A stretch of DNA of 64,000 nucleotides from Zoogloea sp. (GCF_041915215.1 NZ_JAYSBV010000012.1), one strand, 5' to 3'; counted from the stretch's first letter, positions 37,584-47,326 are shown. The notes: generated by a model from the letters alone, not told the origin. Numbers and translations are program-made.

Positions 37584-38036
37584 ATGAGTATCCAGCCCAT
37601 CGGCGCCAGCACGTCAGCCTACGTGCCACCACAGACCAGTGCCGCACCCAGCGCCGTGCGTCAGGCCGAGGGTCAGTCAGACAGCCAGCGGGCAGAAGTT
37701 GCCAAAGCTGAAGCCGCCAAGGCCGAGGCCAACAAGGCCGCCACCAACACATCCGCAGTTCAGGGCAGCAGCGCCGTCCAGAACCCGAATCAGCCCAACG
37801 CGGCCAAACCCAGCCGAGAAGATTTGGCCCATGCGGTCAAGCAGATCCAGGATGTGGTCAAACCCAGCGCCCAGAACCTGCAGATTTCCATCGATGAAGA
37901 TGTGAACATGACCGTGGTGAAGGTGGTGGATGGCGAATCCAAGAAGGTCATCCGCCAGATTCCATCCGAAGAGGTCATCGAGATCGCCAAAGCCCTGGAT
38001 AAACTCCAAGGGCTGTTCGTCAAGCAACAGGCCTGA
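37584..38036 (+). CDS. flaG: flagellar protein FlaG
   Basis: Position between fliC and fliD. C-terminal VVKVVDGESKKVIRQIPSEEVIEIAKAL typical of FlaG. Confidence 0.7.
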   Translation: MSIQPIGASTSAYVPPQTSAAPSAVRQAEGQSDSQRAEVAKAEAAKAEANKAATNTSAVQGSSAVQNPNQPNAAKPSREDLAHAVKQIQDVVKPSAQNLQISIDEDVNMTVVKVVDGESKKVIRQIPSEEVIEIAKALDKLQGLFVKQQA

Positions 38037-38075
38037 GGGGCCAAACACGCACCAGTTCCTCCTGGCAAGCAATTG

Positions 38076-38100
38076 ACCCACCCTTGCGGTGGGTTTTTTT
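38076..38100 (+). terminator. Rho-independent terminator (ACCCACC-loop-GGTGGGT + T7)
   Basis: Hairpin followed by seven T after flaG. Confidence 0.65.
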
Positions 38101-38270
38101 CGCCCCAACACATGCCAATTCACTAAACAACTCACCAAATGCGGGTAGCGCAAAGGCAGAAAAGCGGGGACAAGCCCCCTCTGCTATGGCTCAAGTTCTG
38201 GGCCCGGAAACCGTAATCTGGCTTATCCGTTTTAACGCTCCCCCATCAGCCAAATATCAGGGGATACCAA

Positions 38271-39644
38271 ATGGCAACGCTTTCTTCCGCCGGCATAGGT
38301 TCGGGACTCAATGTGGAGTCCCTGATTTCAGGCTTGATGCAGATCGAGCGGCAACCGCTGACGAGTCTCCAGACCCAGCAGAGCACCGCCCAATCCAAGA
38401 TTTCGGCCCTCGGGACCATCAAGAGCAATCTGGCTTCGCTCCAGAACGCTGCCAAGGCCCTGACGCCCACCACGCTGCAAACGGCCACCTCGGCCCTGTC
38501 CAACTACACGGCAGCCCTGACCGACACCACCATTGGCAGCGCCAGTGCCACCAGCTCGGCCGTGCCGGGCACCTACAGCATCGAAGTCACCGCCCTCGCC
38601 AACGAGCAGCGCTACCAGCTGGGCAAGTCCTACGCCAGCACCGATGCGGTCATCGATTTCGGTGGCGCGAGCACCAAGACCCTGAGCTTCACCAAAGGCA
38701 GCACCACCGTTAACGTAACCCTGGACACCACCCAGAACACCCTGGGCGGCATCCGTGATGCGATCAACAAGGCCGGCACGGGTCTGAACGCCACCGTGGT
38801 CACCGGCACCGACGGCAAGCAGAACCTCCTGCTTTCGGCCGCCACCGGGGGGACGGCCAACACCGTCAGCATCGGAGGCACGGCCCAGTTCATCGACAGC
38901 AGCAACCCGAGTTCGCCGATTGCCGCCAGCAGTGCCTTCAACCAGACCCAAGCCGCCACCGACGCGGTGGTCAAAGTGCAAGGGGTTTCGATCAGCACTG
39001 CCGGCAACACCATCACCGGCGCGGTGGATGGTGTCACCCTGAACCTCACCAAAACAGGCACCACCACCCTCACCGTGTCCCGGGACACCTCGGCCCTGCA
39101 GACCAAGCTGCAGACCTTGGTGAATTCCTACAACACCCTGAACAGCTCCATCAAAAACCTGAGCGCCTACAACGCCAACACCAAGACCGCAGCCGTCCTG
39201 AACGGCGACTCCACCCTGCGCAGCATCCAGGGCACCCTGCGCAACACCCTGGGCAATGCCTCCGACTCCACCAGCAGCAGCATCAAACAGCTGGCCGATA
39301 TCGGCGTGAGTTTCCAGACCGACGGCAGCCTGAGCCTGGATACTGCCAAGTTCAGCAAGGCCGCTACCACCGATTTTGCCGCGACAGCCAGCGTGATCGC
39401 GTACTACTCCAAGGCCCTCAAGAGTGACGCTACGGCCATGCTGGACACCAATGGCACCCTGACCAACCGAACAACGGGCCTGAACTCCACGGTCAAGAAT
39501 CTGGGCAAGCAGATCGACGCCATGAACACCCGGCTCACCCGCATCGAAAATAACTACCGCAGCCAGTACACAGCCCTGGACAAGGCCATGAGCAGCATGA
39601 GCACCACCAGCAGCTACCTCACCCAACAATTGGCACTGCTCTAA
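38271..39644 (+). CDS. fliD: flagellar filament cap protein FliD (hook-associated protein 2)
   Basis: N-terminal GIGSGLNVESLISGLMQIERQPLTSLQTQQ signature. 457 aa. Confidence 0.85.
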   Translation: MATLSSAGIGSGLNVESLISGLMQIERQPLTSLQTQQSTAQSKISALGTIKSNLASLQNAAKALTPTTLQTATSALSNYTAALTDTTIGSASATSSAVPGTYSIEVTALANEQRYQLGKSYASTDAVIDFGGASTKTLSFTKGSTTVNVTLDTTQNTLGGIRDAINKAGTGLNATVVTGTDGKQNLLLSAATGGTANTVSIGGTAQFIDSSNPSSPIAASSAFNQTQAATDAVVKVQGVSISTAGNTITGAVDGVTLNLTKTGTTTLTVSRDTSALQTKLQTLVNSYNTLNSSIKNLSAYNANTKTAAVLNGDSTLRSIQGTLRNTLGNASDSTSSSIKQLADIGVSFQTDGSLSLDTAKFSKAATTDFAATASVIAYYSKALKSDATAMLDTNGTLTNRTTGLNSTVKNLGKQIDAMNTRLTRIENNYRSQYTALDKAMSSMSTTSSYLTQQLALL

Positions 39645-39669
39645 GCCCTGATCCCGACAGGAGAACACG

Positions 39670-40086
39670 ATGTCCTTTGGCCTAGCCTCCCGCCGCGCAG
39701 CCGCCGCCTATAACGAAGTCAGCGTTGAAACCGGCGTATCCGGTGCAGACCCCCATAAACTCATCCTGATGCTGTTTGAGGGTGCCCTGCTCCAGGTGGG
39801 CAGTGCGGCCATCGCCATGGAAAACCGCGACATCCCGGCCAAGGGCACCGCCATTTCCAAGGCCATCGAGATCATCACCAATGGCCTCAAGATCAGCCTC
39901 GACTTTGAAGCCGGTGGAGAACTGGCCGAACGCCTCGGCGCCCTCTACGATTACATGGCCCAGCGCCTTCTGTACGCCAATCTCCATAACAGCCGGCCCG
40001 CCCTGGACGAGGTCACCCGGCTGCTCACCGATTTGAAAGACGCCTGGGCAGCCATCGGGTCTGCCACGGTGGAGCCCGCCCGCTGA
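39670..40086 (+). CDS. fliS: flagellin-specific chaperone FliS
   Basis: AYNEVSVETGVSGADPHKLILMLFEGAL...LYDYM FliS motifs. Confidence 0.85.
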   Translation: MSFGLASRRAAAAYNEVSVETGVSGADPHKLILMLFEGALLQVGSAAIAMENRDIPAKGTAISKAIEIITNGLKISLDFEAGGELAERLGALYDYMAQRLLYANLHNSRPALDEVTRLLTDLKDAWAAIGSATVEPAR

Positions 40087-40102
40087 ACGTCCGGAGAGTT
40101 GA

Positions 40103-40432
40103 TTGATGAGTTCCCTCGCCTTGCTCAAAGAGATGAGCCAATACTCCCACCAGATGGTGGATGCCGCCCGCGCCAACGACTGGGATCGTCTCAGCCGGCT
40201 GGAGCGTCAGGTGGCTTCCCTGCGGGATCGTCTGGGGGTGGAAGACGCGCTCAATCTTCCCAACCGTAACCGACGCCTGTCCGATGATGAGCGCCAGCAA
40301 CGGGTCAAGCTGATTAACCGTATTCTCGATGACGACAAAGAGGTCCGGGTGCACACCCAACCCTGGCTCGACAACGTTCGTCAGCTGCTTTCAGGTCGCC
40401 GTACGGATACCTCCCCGTCCGGAGACGCCTAA
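40103..40432 (+). CDS. fliT: FliT-like flagellar chaperone/regulator
   Basis: Small helical protein immediately after fliS. Confidence 0.5.
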   Translation: MMSSLALLKEMSQYSHQMVDAARANDWDRLSRLERQVASLRDRLGVEDALNLPNRNRRLSDDERQQRVKLINRILDDDKEVRVHTQPWLDNVRQLLSGRRTDTSPSGDA

Positions 40433-40462
40433 ACCCACGCCCCACCGGCCAGGAGCCACCCC

Positions 40463-41722
40463 ATGATTCCGGGCGATCTGGCCAGCCGCCTGCGCATGCT
40501 GGGCGAGGCAGGCTTCCTCAGCGGGGAGCCCAGCCTCGCACCACTGGCGCGCATCAAGGCCATTTCAGGCCAGCTCCCCGACTTCACCCCCGGGGAGCGC
40601 ATCATTGCCCACCTGGAAGCGCCCCGCCCGGACAACACCGCCCAGGCTCGCATCGACGGGCGGGAGGTGATTCTGGCCCTCTCCCCTGGCGTCAAGGCCG
40701 GGGACGTGCTTGAACTGGTGGTGACCCATGTGAGCCCCCAGGCTGTGCTAGCCCGGCTCGCCACCAATCCGGCACCACTCCCCCCCACCCCCGGGGAAAC
40801 GATCACCACCCCCCAGACGAGCGGCCCCATCCTGAGCCAGGCCGGACGCCTGATCAGCTATCTGCTCGCTGGCCCACCGGGCCAGGCCCCGGAAGTCACC
40901 CTCTCATCCACCGCCCAACTGCTGAGTGCCCGCAACGACAGCGCCCCCCAGGCCGCCAGCAGCAGCGCCCCGCTGCTCGCCACCCCGCCCGGCGCGCCCC
41001 AGGACGTGCCCCGCCTGGCGGGCCAGCTGGCCCAGGCTTTGGGTGAAAGCGGGCTGTTCTACGAGGCCCATCAGGCCCGCTGGCTGGCAGGCCAGACCCA
41101 AGCCAGCCAACTCCTGCAGGAACCCCAGGGCCGGCTCTCGCCCCTGCTCCAGCTGTTTGGTGGCAAGCTGCCCGATGCGGCCACCCTCAACCAGCTGGTA
41201 CAAGACACCATCCCCAAAACCAGCAGCTCCACCCCCTGGATGCCGGGGGACGGGAGCATGCCCGCTGAAGACACACCGCCCCCCCCGGCCCTGCGCTTCG
41301 TATCTGCCAACGAAAGCGGCCCGGCGGGCATTCCCGAACGGCTGGTGCCCCTGGTGCATCAGCAGTTGGACAGCCTCGCCACCCATCAGGTGAGCTGGCA
41401 GGGACAGATCTGGCCTGGGCAGATGATGGAATGGGAGATCGAAGACCCGGAGACTCAGGAGCGCGAAGCTGGCAATCCGGACGAACCCGCCGCCCACTGG
41501 AACTCCACCCTGCGCCTCACCCTACCCGGTCTGGGCCAGATCGAGGCCCGGCTGCAGCTGACACCCCAGGGCGTCGCCCTGCGCCTGGTGAGCGAGGACG
41601 AAAATACCCGCCAGCAACTCCAGCGTAACGCGGCCAGCCTGGAAGAGGCCCTCGCCGCCGCCAACGTGCCCCTCACCGGTCTGGTGGCCGAAGTCCGCCG
41701 CCGGGGGCTGCTGCGCCTATGA
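40463..41722 (+). CDS. fliK: flagellar hook-length control protein FliK-like
   Basis: Pro/Ala/Gln-rich central region. C-terminal FliK-type domain (TLRLTLPGLGQIEARLQLTPQGVALRLVSED). Confidence 0.6.
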   Translation: MIPGDLASRLRMLGEAGFLSGEPSLAPLARIKAISGQLPDFTPGERIIAHLEAPRPDNTAQARIDGREVILALSPGVKAGDVLELVVTHVSPQAVLARLATNPAPLPPTPGETITTPQTSGPILSQAGRLISYLLAGPPGQAPEVTLSSTAQLLSARNDSAPQAASSSAPLLATPPGAPQDVPRLAGQLAQALGESGLFYEAHQARWLAGQTQASQLLQEPQGRLSPLLQLFGGKLPDAATLNQLVQDTIPKTSSSTPWMPGDGSMPAEDTPPPPALRFVSANESGPAGIPERLVPLVHQQLDSLATHQVSWQGQIWPGQMMEWEIEDPETQEREAGNPDEPAAHWNSTLRLTLPGLGQIEARLQLTPQGVALRLVSEDENTRQQLQRNAASLEEALAAANVPLTGLVAEVRRRGLLRL

Positions 41723-42048
41723 ACAAACCCGACCCCCGCGCCGAAGCCGTCGCCCTGGCCTACACCGCCGGCCAAAGTGCGCCCACAGTAGTGGCCAAGG
41801 GGCGCGGGCTGATGGCGGGCCAGATCATCGCCCGGGCCAAGGAGGCGGGGGTGTATGTGCATGAATCCCCCGAGCTGGTGGCCCTGCTGATGCAGGTGGA
41901 TCTGGACGCCCGGATTCCCCCCGCCCTGTATGTGGCGGTGGCCGAGCTGCTGGCCTGGCTCTACCGGATCGAACAGGGCCAGAGCAGCCCGCCCCCTGAA
42001 TTCAAAACCCCGGTGCCGGAGCCCGAACCCGCCAAACCCGAGGCCTGA
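41719..42048 (+). CDS. FlhB C-terminal-domain-like protein (EscU/YscU/HrcU-family export switch domain, stand-alone)
   Basis: VVAKGRGLMAGQIIARAKEAGVYVHESPELV matches the FlhB cytoplasmic C-domain. 4-nt overlap with the fliK-like gene. Confidence 0.6.
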   Translation: MNKPDPRAEAVALAYTAGQSAPTVVAKGRGLMAGQIIARAKEAGVYVHESPELVALLMQVDLDARIPPALYVAVAELLAWLYRIEQGQSSPPPEFKTPVPEPEPAKPEA

Positions 42049-42054
42049 CCCCGC

Positions 42055-42146
42055 CCGCCGTATCAAATCACGCCGTATCAAATCACGCCGAATCAAAGCA
42101 CGCCGAATCAAAGCACGCCGAATCAAAGGCACGCCGAATCAAAGGC
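42055..42146. repeat. six-copy tandem direct repeat of a 15-16-nt unit CGCCG(T/A)ATCAAA(T/G/GG)CA
   Basis: Read directly: two copies with TATCAAATCA, two with AATCAAAGCA, two with AATCAAAGGCA. Confidence 0.85.
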
Positions 42147-42185
42147 ACGGGGCCCCGCCCACCCGAAGGTGAACGGGGCCCCGTG
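42147..42185. terminator. two copies of the GC palindrome CGGGGCCCCG forming a hairpin between convergent genes (flhB-like and yggX)
   Basis: ACGGGGCCCCGCCCACCCGAAGGTGAACGGGGCCCCGTG. Likely a bidirectional terminator. Confidence 0.45.
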
Positions 42186-42239
42186 CAGATCCGGGCACCC
42201 AAAGGCGCCCTGGATCGGATCTTCAGTTCAGATCAGGGC

Positions 42240-42512
42240 TCAGGCCTGGGGCGGCACGTAGCCGCCGATCTGGTCGGCGCCACCGGCAAAGAAGTAACGA
42301 TCCATCTGCTCGGCCAGGTACTTGCGGGCGCGGGGGTCCATCAGGTTGAGCCGGTTTTCGTTGATCAGCATGGTCTGATGCCGGATCCACTGCTGCCAGG
42401 CTTCCTTGGAAACGTTCTCGAACACCTTCTTGCCCAGCTCACCGGGCAGGGGCGGGAGATCCAGACCTTCGGCCTCGCGGCCGAGCTTCACACAATTGAC
42501 CATCCGTGCCAT
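42240..42512 (-). CDS. yggX: Fe(2+)-trafficking / oxidative-damage protection protein YggX
   Basis: 90 aa, [18 protein letters not shown]...[11 protein letters not shown], typical of YggX. Confidence 0.85.
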   Translation of the reverse strand: MARMVNCVKLGREAEGLDLPPLPGELGKKVFENVSKEAWQQWIRHQTMLINENRLNLMDPRARKYLAEQMDRYFFAGGADQIGGYVPPQA

Positions 42513-42618
42513 GTATCACCTCTTCTAATGGAATAGCCGCCGGAAGCGGCAGGGCTTCCGAAGCGGTAGCAAGATTCTAGCCCAAAGCCGGAGCGCCCGA
42601 ACGCTCCGTAAAACCGCG

Positions 42619-44019
42619 CTAGGGCAGGGGTTTCATGAAGATCTTGGAGCGCCGGTTCACGTCGTACATTTCCCGCTTCTGGCGCGGCAGACGCTCGGGG
42701 GCGACCTCATTGAAGCCCCGTTCCCGAAACCAGTGGGCGGTGCGGGTGGTGAGCACAAAGAGCTGCTCCACCCCCATCCGGCGCGCCCGACCTTCGATCC
42801 GTTTGAGGAGCATTTCCCCCAATCCGGAGCGCCGATGTTCGGGAACCACCGCAACGCAGGCCATTTCGGCCAGGTGCTCGGCCATGAAAGGGTAAAGGGC
42901 GGCGCAGCCCACCAGCACCCCGTCGTACTCCACCACGGTGAATAATTCGATCTCGGCCTCCAGCCGCTCGCGGCTGCGCCGCACCAGGGTGCCGTCGGCC
43001 TCCATGGGGGCGATCATGGTGGCCAGGGCGCCGATATCTTCCACCGTCGCTTCCCGCAGGCGGAACAGGGGGTCGCGGGTCAGCACCGTGCCCACTCCCT
43101 GGGGGGTGAAGAATTCGAGCAGCAGCCCGCCGTCCTTGTCCCGGTCGATCAGGTGGGCGCGGCCAACGCCCTGGCGCACCGCCCGAATCGCGCAGGGCAG
43201 GTACAAGTCCAAATCTTCGGTAAGCCCCTGACCGGCCTTGAGCATGGATTCGGCGTCGTCGGCGGTGATGGCCTCGATCAGGCCCCCGTCCTCATCCAGC
43301 AAGCCGGGGGCGTCGCACAGGTAGATCAGCTTTTCGGCCTTGAGGGCCACGGCCACCGCCTCGGCCACCCGCTCCATGCTCATGTTGAAGATTTCACCCG
43401 CAGGCGAAACCCCCAGGGGCGACATCAGCACCACATTCTGCTGATCCAGATCGGCGGCGATTTCTTCGGCGATCACCCGGCGTACCGCGCCGGTATAGCC
43501 GTAATCCACCCCATCCACGATGCCCACCGGCTTGGCGGTGATGAAGTTGCCGCTGGTCACCCGCATGAAGCTGCCCGCCATGGGGGTATTGGGCAGGCCC
43601 TGGGACAGCATGGCCTCCACCTCGATGCGGGTGACGGCCATGGCGGCCTTCACGCATTCGAGGGCGGCTGCATCGGTCACGCGCAGGCCCTGGTGGAAAC
43701 GGGGCTGCAAGCCCCGGCGCGCCAGCTCCGCATCAATCTGGGGGCGGGCCCCATGCACCAGCACCAGGCGCACCCCCAGGGCGGCCAGCAGGTTGCAGTC
43801 GTAGGCCAGGGATTCGGCCAGCTTGCCGGCGGCCACCTCGCCCCCGAAGCCGAGCACGAAGGTCTTGCCCCGGAAGGCGTGGATGTAGGGAGCGGCGGCG
43901 CGCACCCAGGCGACAAAACGTTGGGACAGATCCCCCGGCGGCACCGGGGCGGCATTCACTTGTTGAACAGGGTTCACGGCATTCCTTCGGCAGATCCGGG
44001 TACGGGTACGGGTACGCAC
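42619..44019 (-). CDS. argA: amino-acid N-acetyltransferase (N-acetylglutamate synthase, kinase-like + GNAT domains)
   Basis: HAFRGKTFVLGFGGE...VLVHGARPQID matches the ArgA N-terminus. C-terminal GNAT domain. True start probably internal (GTG/ATG) to the 466-aa ORF. Confidence 0.8.
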   Translation of the reverse strand: MRTRTRTRICRRNAVNPVQQVNAAPVPPGDLSQRFVAWVRAAAPYIHAFRGKTFVLGFGGEVAAGKLAESLAYDCNLLAALGVRLVLVHGARPQIDAELARRGLQPRFHQGLRVTDAAALECVKAAMAVTRIEVEAMLSQGLPNTPMAGSFMRVTSGNFITAKPVGIVDGVDYGYTGAVRRVIAEEIAADLDQQNVVLMSPLGVSPAGEIFNMSMERVAEAVAVALKAEKLIYLCDAPGLLDEDGGLIEAITADDAESMLKAGQGLTEDLDLYLPCAIRAVRQGVGRAHLIDRDKDGGLLLEFFTPQGVGTVLTRDPLFRLREATVEDIGALATMIAPMEADGTLVRRSRERLEAEIELFTVVEYDGVLVGCAALYPFMAEHLAEMACVAVVPEHRRSGLGEMLLKRIEGRARRMGVEQLFVLTTRTAHWFRERGFNEVAPERLPRQKREMYDVNRRSKIFMKPLP

Positions 44020-44128
44020 ACCGGATCATCATCGTTGCGCAGCATGACGGGACGACGGGGCGCCGCCATGCATCATCGGGTCAAAGACATGGAGATAAAG
44101 CGACAGACTTCCCGGGCCAGGCCCGGAT

Positions 44129-45631
44129 TCATCGTCGCAAGGCCTGCTCCAACCGTTCGACCAGGGTCGTCATCACCTTGATGCGCGCGTAGTACTTGTT
44201 GTCGGCCTCCACCAGGGTCCAGGGGGCGTTCTCGGTGCTGGTGCGATCCATCATGTCGCACACGGCCTGCTCGTAGGCGGGCCATTTTTCCCGGTTGCGC
44301 CAGTCTTCGGCGGTGATCTTGTAGCGCTTGAAGGCGGCTTCTTCCCGGGCCTTGAAGCGGGCGAGCTGCTCGTCAGCGCTGATCGAGAGCCAGAACTTGA
44401 GCACCAGCCCGCCAGCAGCCACGATCTGATCCTCAAAATCGTTGATCTCAGCATAGGCCCGCATCCAGTCGGCTTCCGAGCAGAAGCCTTCCACCCGCTC
44501 CACCAGCACCCGGCCATACCAGGAGCGATCAAAAATCGCCACCTTGCCCCGGCGCGGCACCTTGCGCCAGAAGCGCCACAGATAGGGCTGGGCACGCTCC
44601 TCCTCGGTGGGCGCGGCGATGGGCATCACATGGTACTGGCGCGCATCCAGGGCCTGGGTCACGCGCCGGATGGTACCGCCCTTGCCTGCAGCATCCATGC
44701 CTTCGAACACCAGCACCAGGCTGCGCTTGGCAAATTCGGGGCTGCGCACCGCCAGGGCGAGGCGTCCCTGGAGCTTTTCCAGCTGGCGCTCGTAGTCTTT
44801 TTTGTCCAGGGGGCGGTTGAGCACCAGCGCATTCAGCAGATTGCGTCCGTCGGCGCTCGGGGCCAGGGGCGCGGCGCTCTGGCGCGGCAGAAAGCCCTTG
44901 CGCTGCTGCTCCAGGCGGCCGTGCAAGGCATCCACCACGGTGCGCGCCACCTGCACCGCCCGGTAACGGGGGTCGGAACCATCCACGATCACCCAGGGGG
45001 CGTGGCCGGTGCTGGTGCGGCGCAGCACATGCTCGGCCACTTTCCGGTAGCGGTCGTAGTTGTGATAGTAGGCCCAGTCTTCGTCCCCCACCCGCCAGCG
45101 GGTGTCCGGGTCGGCCTCCAGGGCCTTGAGGCGCTGCTTCTGGCCATCCCGGGAGAGGTGGAACCACAGCTTGATGAGCACCACTCCTTCGGCGGCCAGC
45201 ATGGCTTCGAAGCGATTGAACTCGGACAGGCGCTGATCCAGCCCGTCCTTGCGCAGCCGCCCTTCGGCCCGCTCGGCGAGGGGGTCGGAATACCAGTTGC
45301 CAAAAAATACCCCGATCTTGCCCCGGGGCGGCAGGGCGTGCCAGAAACGCCACAACAGGGGGCGGGCGCGGGCCTCGTCGGTGGCGCGGTCGAAGGCATG
45401 GACGTCGATATGGCGCGGGTCCATCCACTCGTTGAGCAGATTGACGGTTTCACCCCGCCCGGCGCCGTCGATGCCGTTGATGAGGATCACCGCCGCAAAG
45501 GCACGGTTTTCCAGCAGCTCAAACTGGGCCTCCAGCAGGGCGGTGCGCAGGCCCGGCACCAGGGCTTCGTACTCGGCCTTGGCCAGCTTGTGGCCCAGCT
45601 CGGCAGATTCAAACATCGGCATCCCCCGCAA
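44129..45631 (-). CDS. two-domain polyphosphate kinase 2 (polyphosphate:AMP/ADP phosphotransferase type)
   Basis: Two PPK2 P-loops: GIDGAGRGET and GMDAAGKGGT. About 500 aa. Confidence 0.8.
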   Translation of the reverse strand: MRGMPMFESAELGHKLAKAEYEALVPGLRTALLEAQFELLENRAFAAVILINGIDGAGRGETVNLLNEWMDPRHIDVHAFDRATDEARARPLLWRFWHALPPRGKIGVFFGNWYSDPLAERAEGRLRKDGLDQRLSEFNRFEAMLAAEGVVLIKLWFHLSRDGQKQRLKALEADPDTRWRVGDEDWAYYHNYDRYRKVAEHVLRRTSTGHAPWVIVDGSDPRYRAVQVARTVVDALHGRLEQQRKGFLPRQSAAPLAPSADGRNLLNALVLNRPLDKKDYERQLEKLQGRLALAVRSPEFAKRSLVLVFEGMDAAGKGGTIRRVTQALDARQYHVMPIAAPTEEERAQPYLWRFWRKVPRRGKVAIFDRSWYGRVLVERVEGFCSEADWMRAYAEINDFEDQIVAAGGLVLKFWLSISADEQLARFKAREEAAFKRYKITAEDWRNREKWPAYEQAVCDMMDRTSTENAPWTLVEADNKYYARIKVMTTLVERLEQALRR

Positions 45632-46358
45632 TCCCGGCGTAATCGCCCCACAGGGTTTGCAGGGCCGCCATGGCGGCCAGCCCGGCAGTTTCGGTACGGA
45701 ACACCCGGGGGCCCAGGGCCAGGGGCTCGCAGCCGGCCCGCTCGGCCAAGGCGAGCTCGGCGGGCGACCAGCCCCCTTCGGGCCCGATCAGGATTTCGAC
45801 AGGGCCAGCGGGCGCCTGCTTGCGGGCCAGGGCCCCAGCAGCCCCCGGCGCCAGGATGAAGCGCTTGCCCCGAGCCGGCTGGGCCAGATAGGCGGCCAGG
45901 CTGAGAATCTCGGCCACCTGGGGCACCCGGTTGCGCCCGCTTTGCTCGCAGGCCGATACGACCACCTGCTGCCAGTGGGCCACCCGCTTGGCCGCCCGGT
46001 CGCCGGAGAGGCGCAGCACCGAGCGCTCGGCGGCCACCGGCTGCACACCAGCGGCGCCCAGCTCAACGGCCTTCTGGATCACCCAGTCCATTTTGTCGCC
46101 ACTGGCGAGGGCCTGCACCAGATGGATCTGGAGGGGAGATTCCCGCTCCACCGGCAGACGCGGGCCGAGCCGGGCCACAGGCTGCTTGCCCAGGCTTTGC
46201 AAGGTGGCGGCACATTCGCCGCCCTGGCCATCAAACAACACCACCTCATCCCCCACGCGCAGGCGCAGTACGCGCTCCGCATGGTGGGCCACCGCGTCGG
46301 GGAGAGGCATTTCAGAGTCGGGCACCAGGCCCTCGGGGCAGAAGAAGCGTGGATTCAT
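45609..46358 (-). CDS. rsmE: 16S rRNA (uracil1498-N3)-methyltransferase RsmE
   Basis: 249 aa with an RsmE-type PUA-like N-domain and SPOUT C-domain (ILIGPEGGWSPAE). Confidence 0.75.
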   Translation of the reverse strand: MNPRFFCPEGLVPDSEMPLPDAVAHHAERVLRLRVGDEVVLFDGQGGECAATLQSLGKQPVARLGPRLPVERESPLQIHLVQALASGDKMDWVIQKAVELGAAGVQPVAAERSVLRLSGDRAAKRVAHWQQVVVSACEQSGRNRVPQVAEILSLAAYLAQPARGKRFILAPGAAGALARKQAPAGPVEILIGPEGGWSPAELALAERAGCEPLALGPRVFRTETAGLAAMAALQTLWGDYAGIAGDADV

Positions 46359-46472
46359 CATGCTATTATCCGCAAAACCACGCCTCGAACGGGATCGAAA
46401 CTTGAATCCTGCCCTCGGTTTTTCATTTCCACCCGCCAGCGGCCTGCGCCGTTGCCTGCTTCCTGCACATCC

Positions 46473-47294
46473 ATGGCTCACGAACTGAACACCAGCGCCC
46501 AGCGCCTCACCTGCGCCCGCGCCCTGGCCGACCTGGTCCGGGACATGGCCCGGGACACCATCCTGCCCCTCTACCAGAAGGCCGTGCGCGAACAGAAGGC
46601 CGACGGGACCCTGCTCACCCAGGCTGATCTGGCGTCCCAGGCGGCCCTGGAAATCCGGCTGCCCACCCTGCTCCCGGCCCCCGTGCTGGGCGAAGAGATG
46701 ACCCCGGAGGCCCAGGGCCAGGTCTGGCAGGAAGGGCAAGAGGGCCTGTGGGTGATCGATCCCATCGACGGCACCACCAACTTCGCCAACGGCATCCCCT
46801 TCTTCGGGGTGGCGGTGGCCTATCTGGTCAAGCACAAGACCCAGCTCGGCGTGGTGTACAACCCGGTGACCGACGAGGCCTTCTACGCCGCCCGGGGCGC
46901 CGGGGCCTGGCTCAACGCGGTGCCCCTGCCCCTGCGCAGCCCCGCCACCCAGCTCAAGGATGCCGTCGCGGGCGTGGACTTCAAGCGCATCAGCCACCAT
47001 CTGGGCGATGAACTGGCGGTGCGCCCGCCGTATTACTCCCAACGCAACTTTGGCTCCAGCGCGCTGGAGTGGTGCTACGTGGCGGCGGGCCGGCTGGACG
47101 TATACATCCACGGCGGCCAGATGTTGTGGGACTACGCCGCCGGGCGCCTGATCCTCGAAGAGGCGGGCGGCAGCTACAGCACCCTGGGGGGCACGCCCCT
47201 CACCGCCGGGCCGGCCATCAAGCGCTCGGTGATCGCCGCCGCCAGCCCATCCCTGTTCGAGCAGTGGCGCACCTGGCTGCACGTCCACGCCTGA
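46473..47294 (+). CDS. inositol monophosphatase family protein (SuhB-like)
   Basis: WVIDPIDGTTNF metal-binding motif. 273 aa. Confidence 0.75.
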   Translation: MAHELNTSAQRLTCARALADLVRDMARDTILPLYQKAVREQKADGTLLTQADLASQAALEIRLPTLLPAPVLGEEMTPEAQGQVWQEGQEGLWVIDPIDGTTNFANGIPFFGVAVAYLVKHKTQLGVVYNPVTDEAFYAARGAGAWLNAVPLPLRSPATQLKDAVAGVDFKRISHHLGDELAVRPPYYSQRNFGSSALEWCYVAAGRLDVYIHGGQMLWDYAAGRLILEEAGGSYSTLGGTPLTAGPAIKRSVIAAASPSLFEQWRTWLHVHA

Positions 47295-47326
47295 CCCGCC
47301 GGCCCCCGCGTCCGTCCTTCATTTCA

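Noticed and set aside
38222-38256. Sigma-28-like promoter (TTAAC-N13-GCCAAATA) upstream of fliD
   Set aside because: The match is weak and the -10 element would sit only about 8 nt before the RBS, leaving almost no 5'-UTR. fliD may instead be read through from fliC/flaG despite the terminator. Left as unconfirmed.
45609-47288. 559-aa minus-strand ORF spanning rsmE and the antisense of the IMPase gene
   Set aside because: Only the C-terminal 249 codons (from MNPRFF at 46358) match RsmE. The upstream part is antisense to the plus-strand IMPase-family gene.
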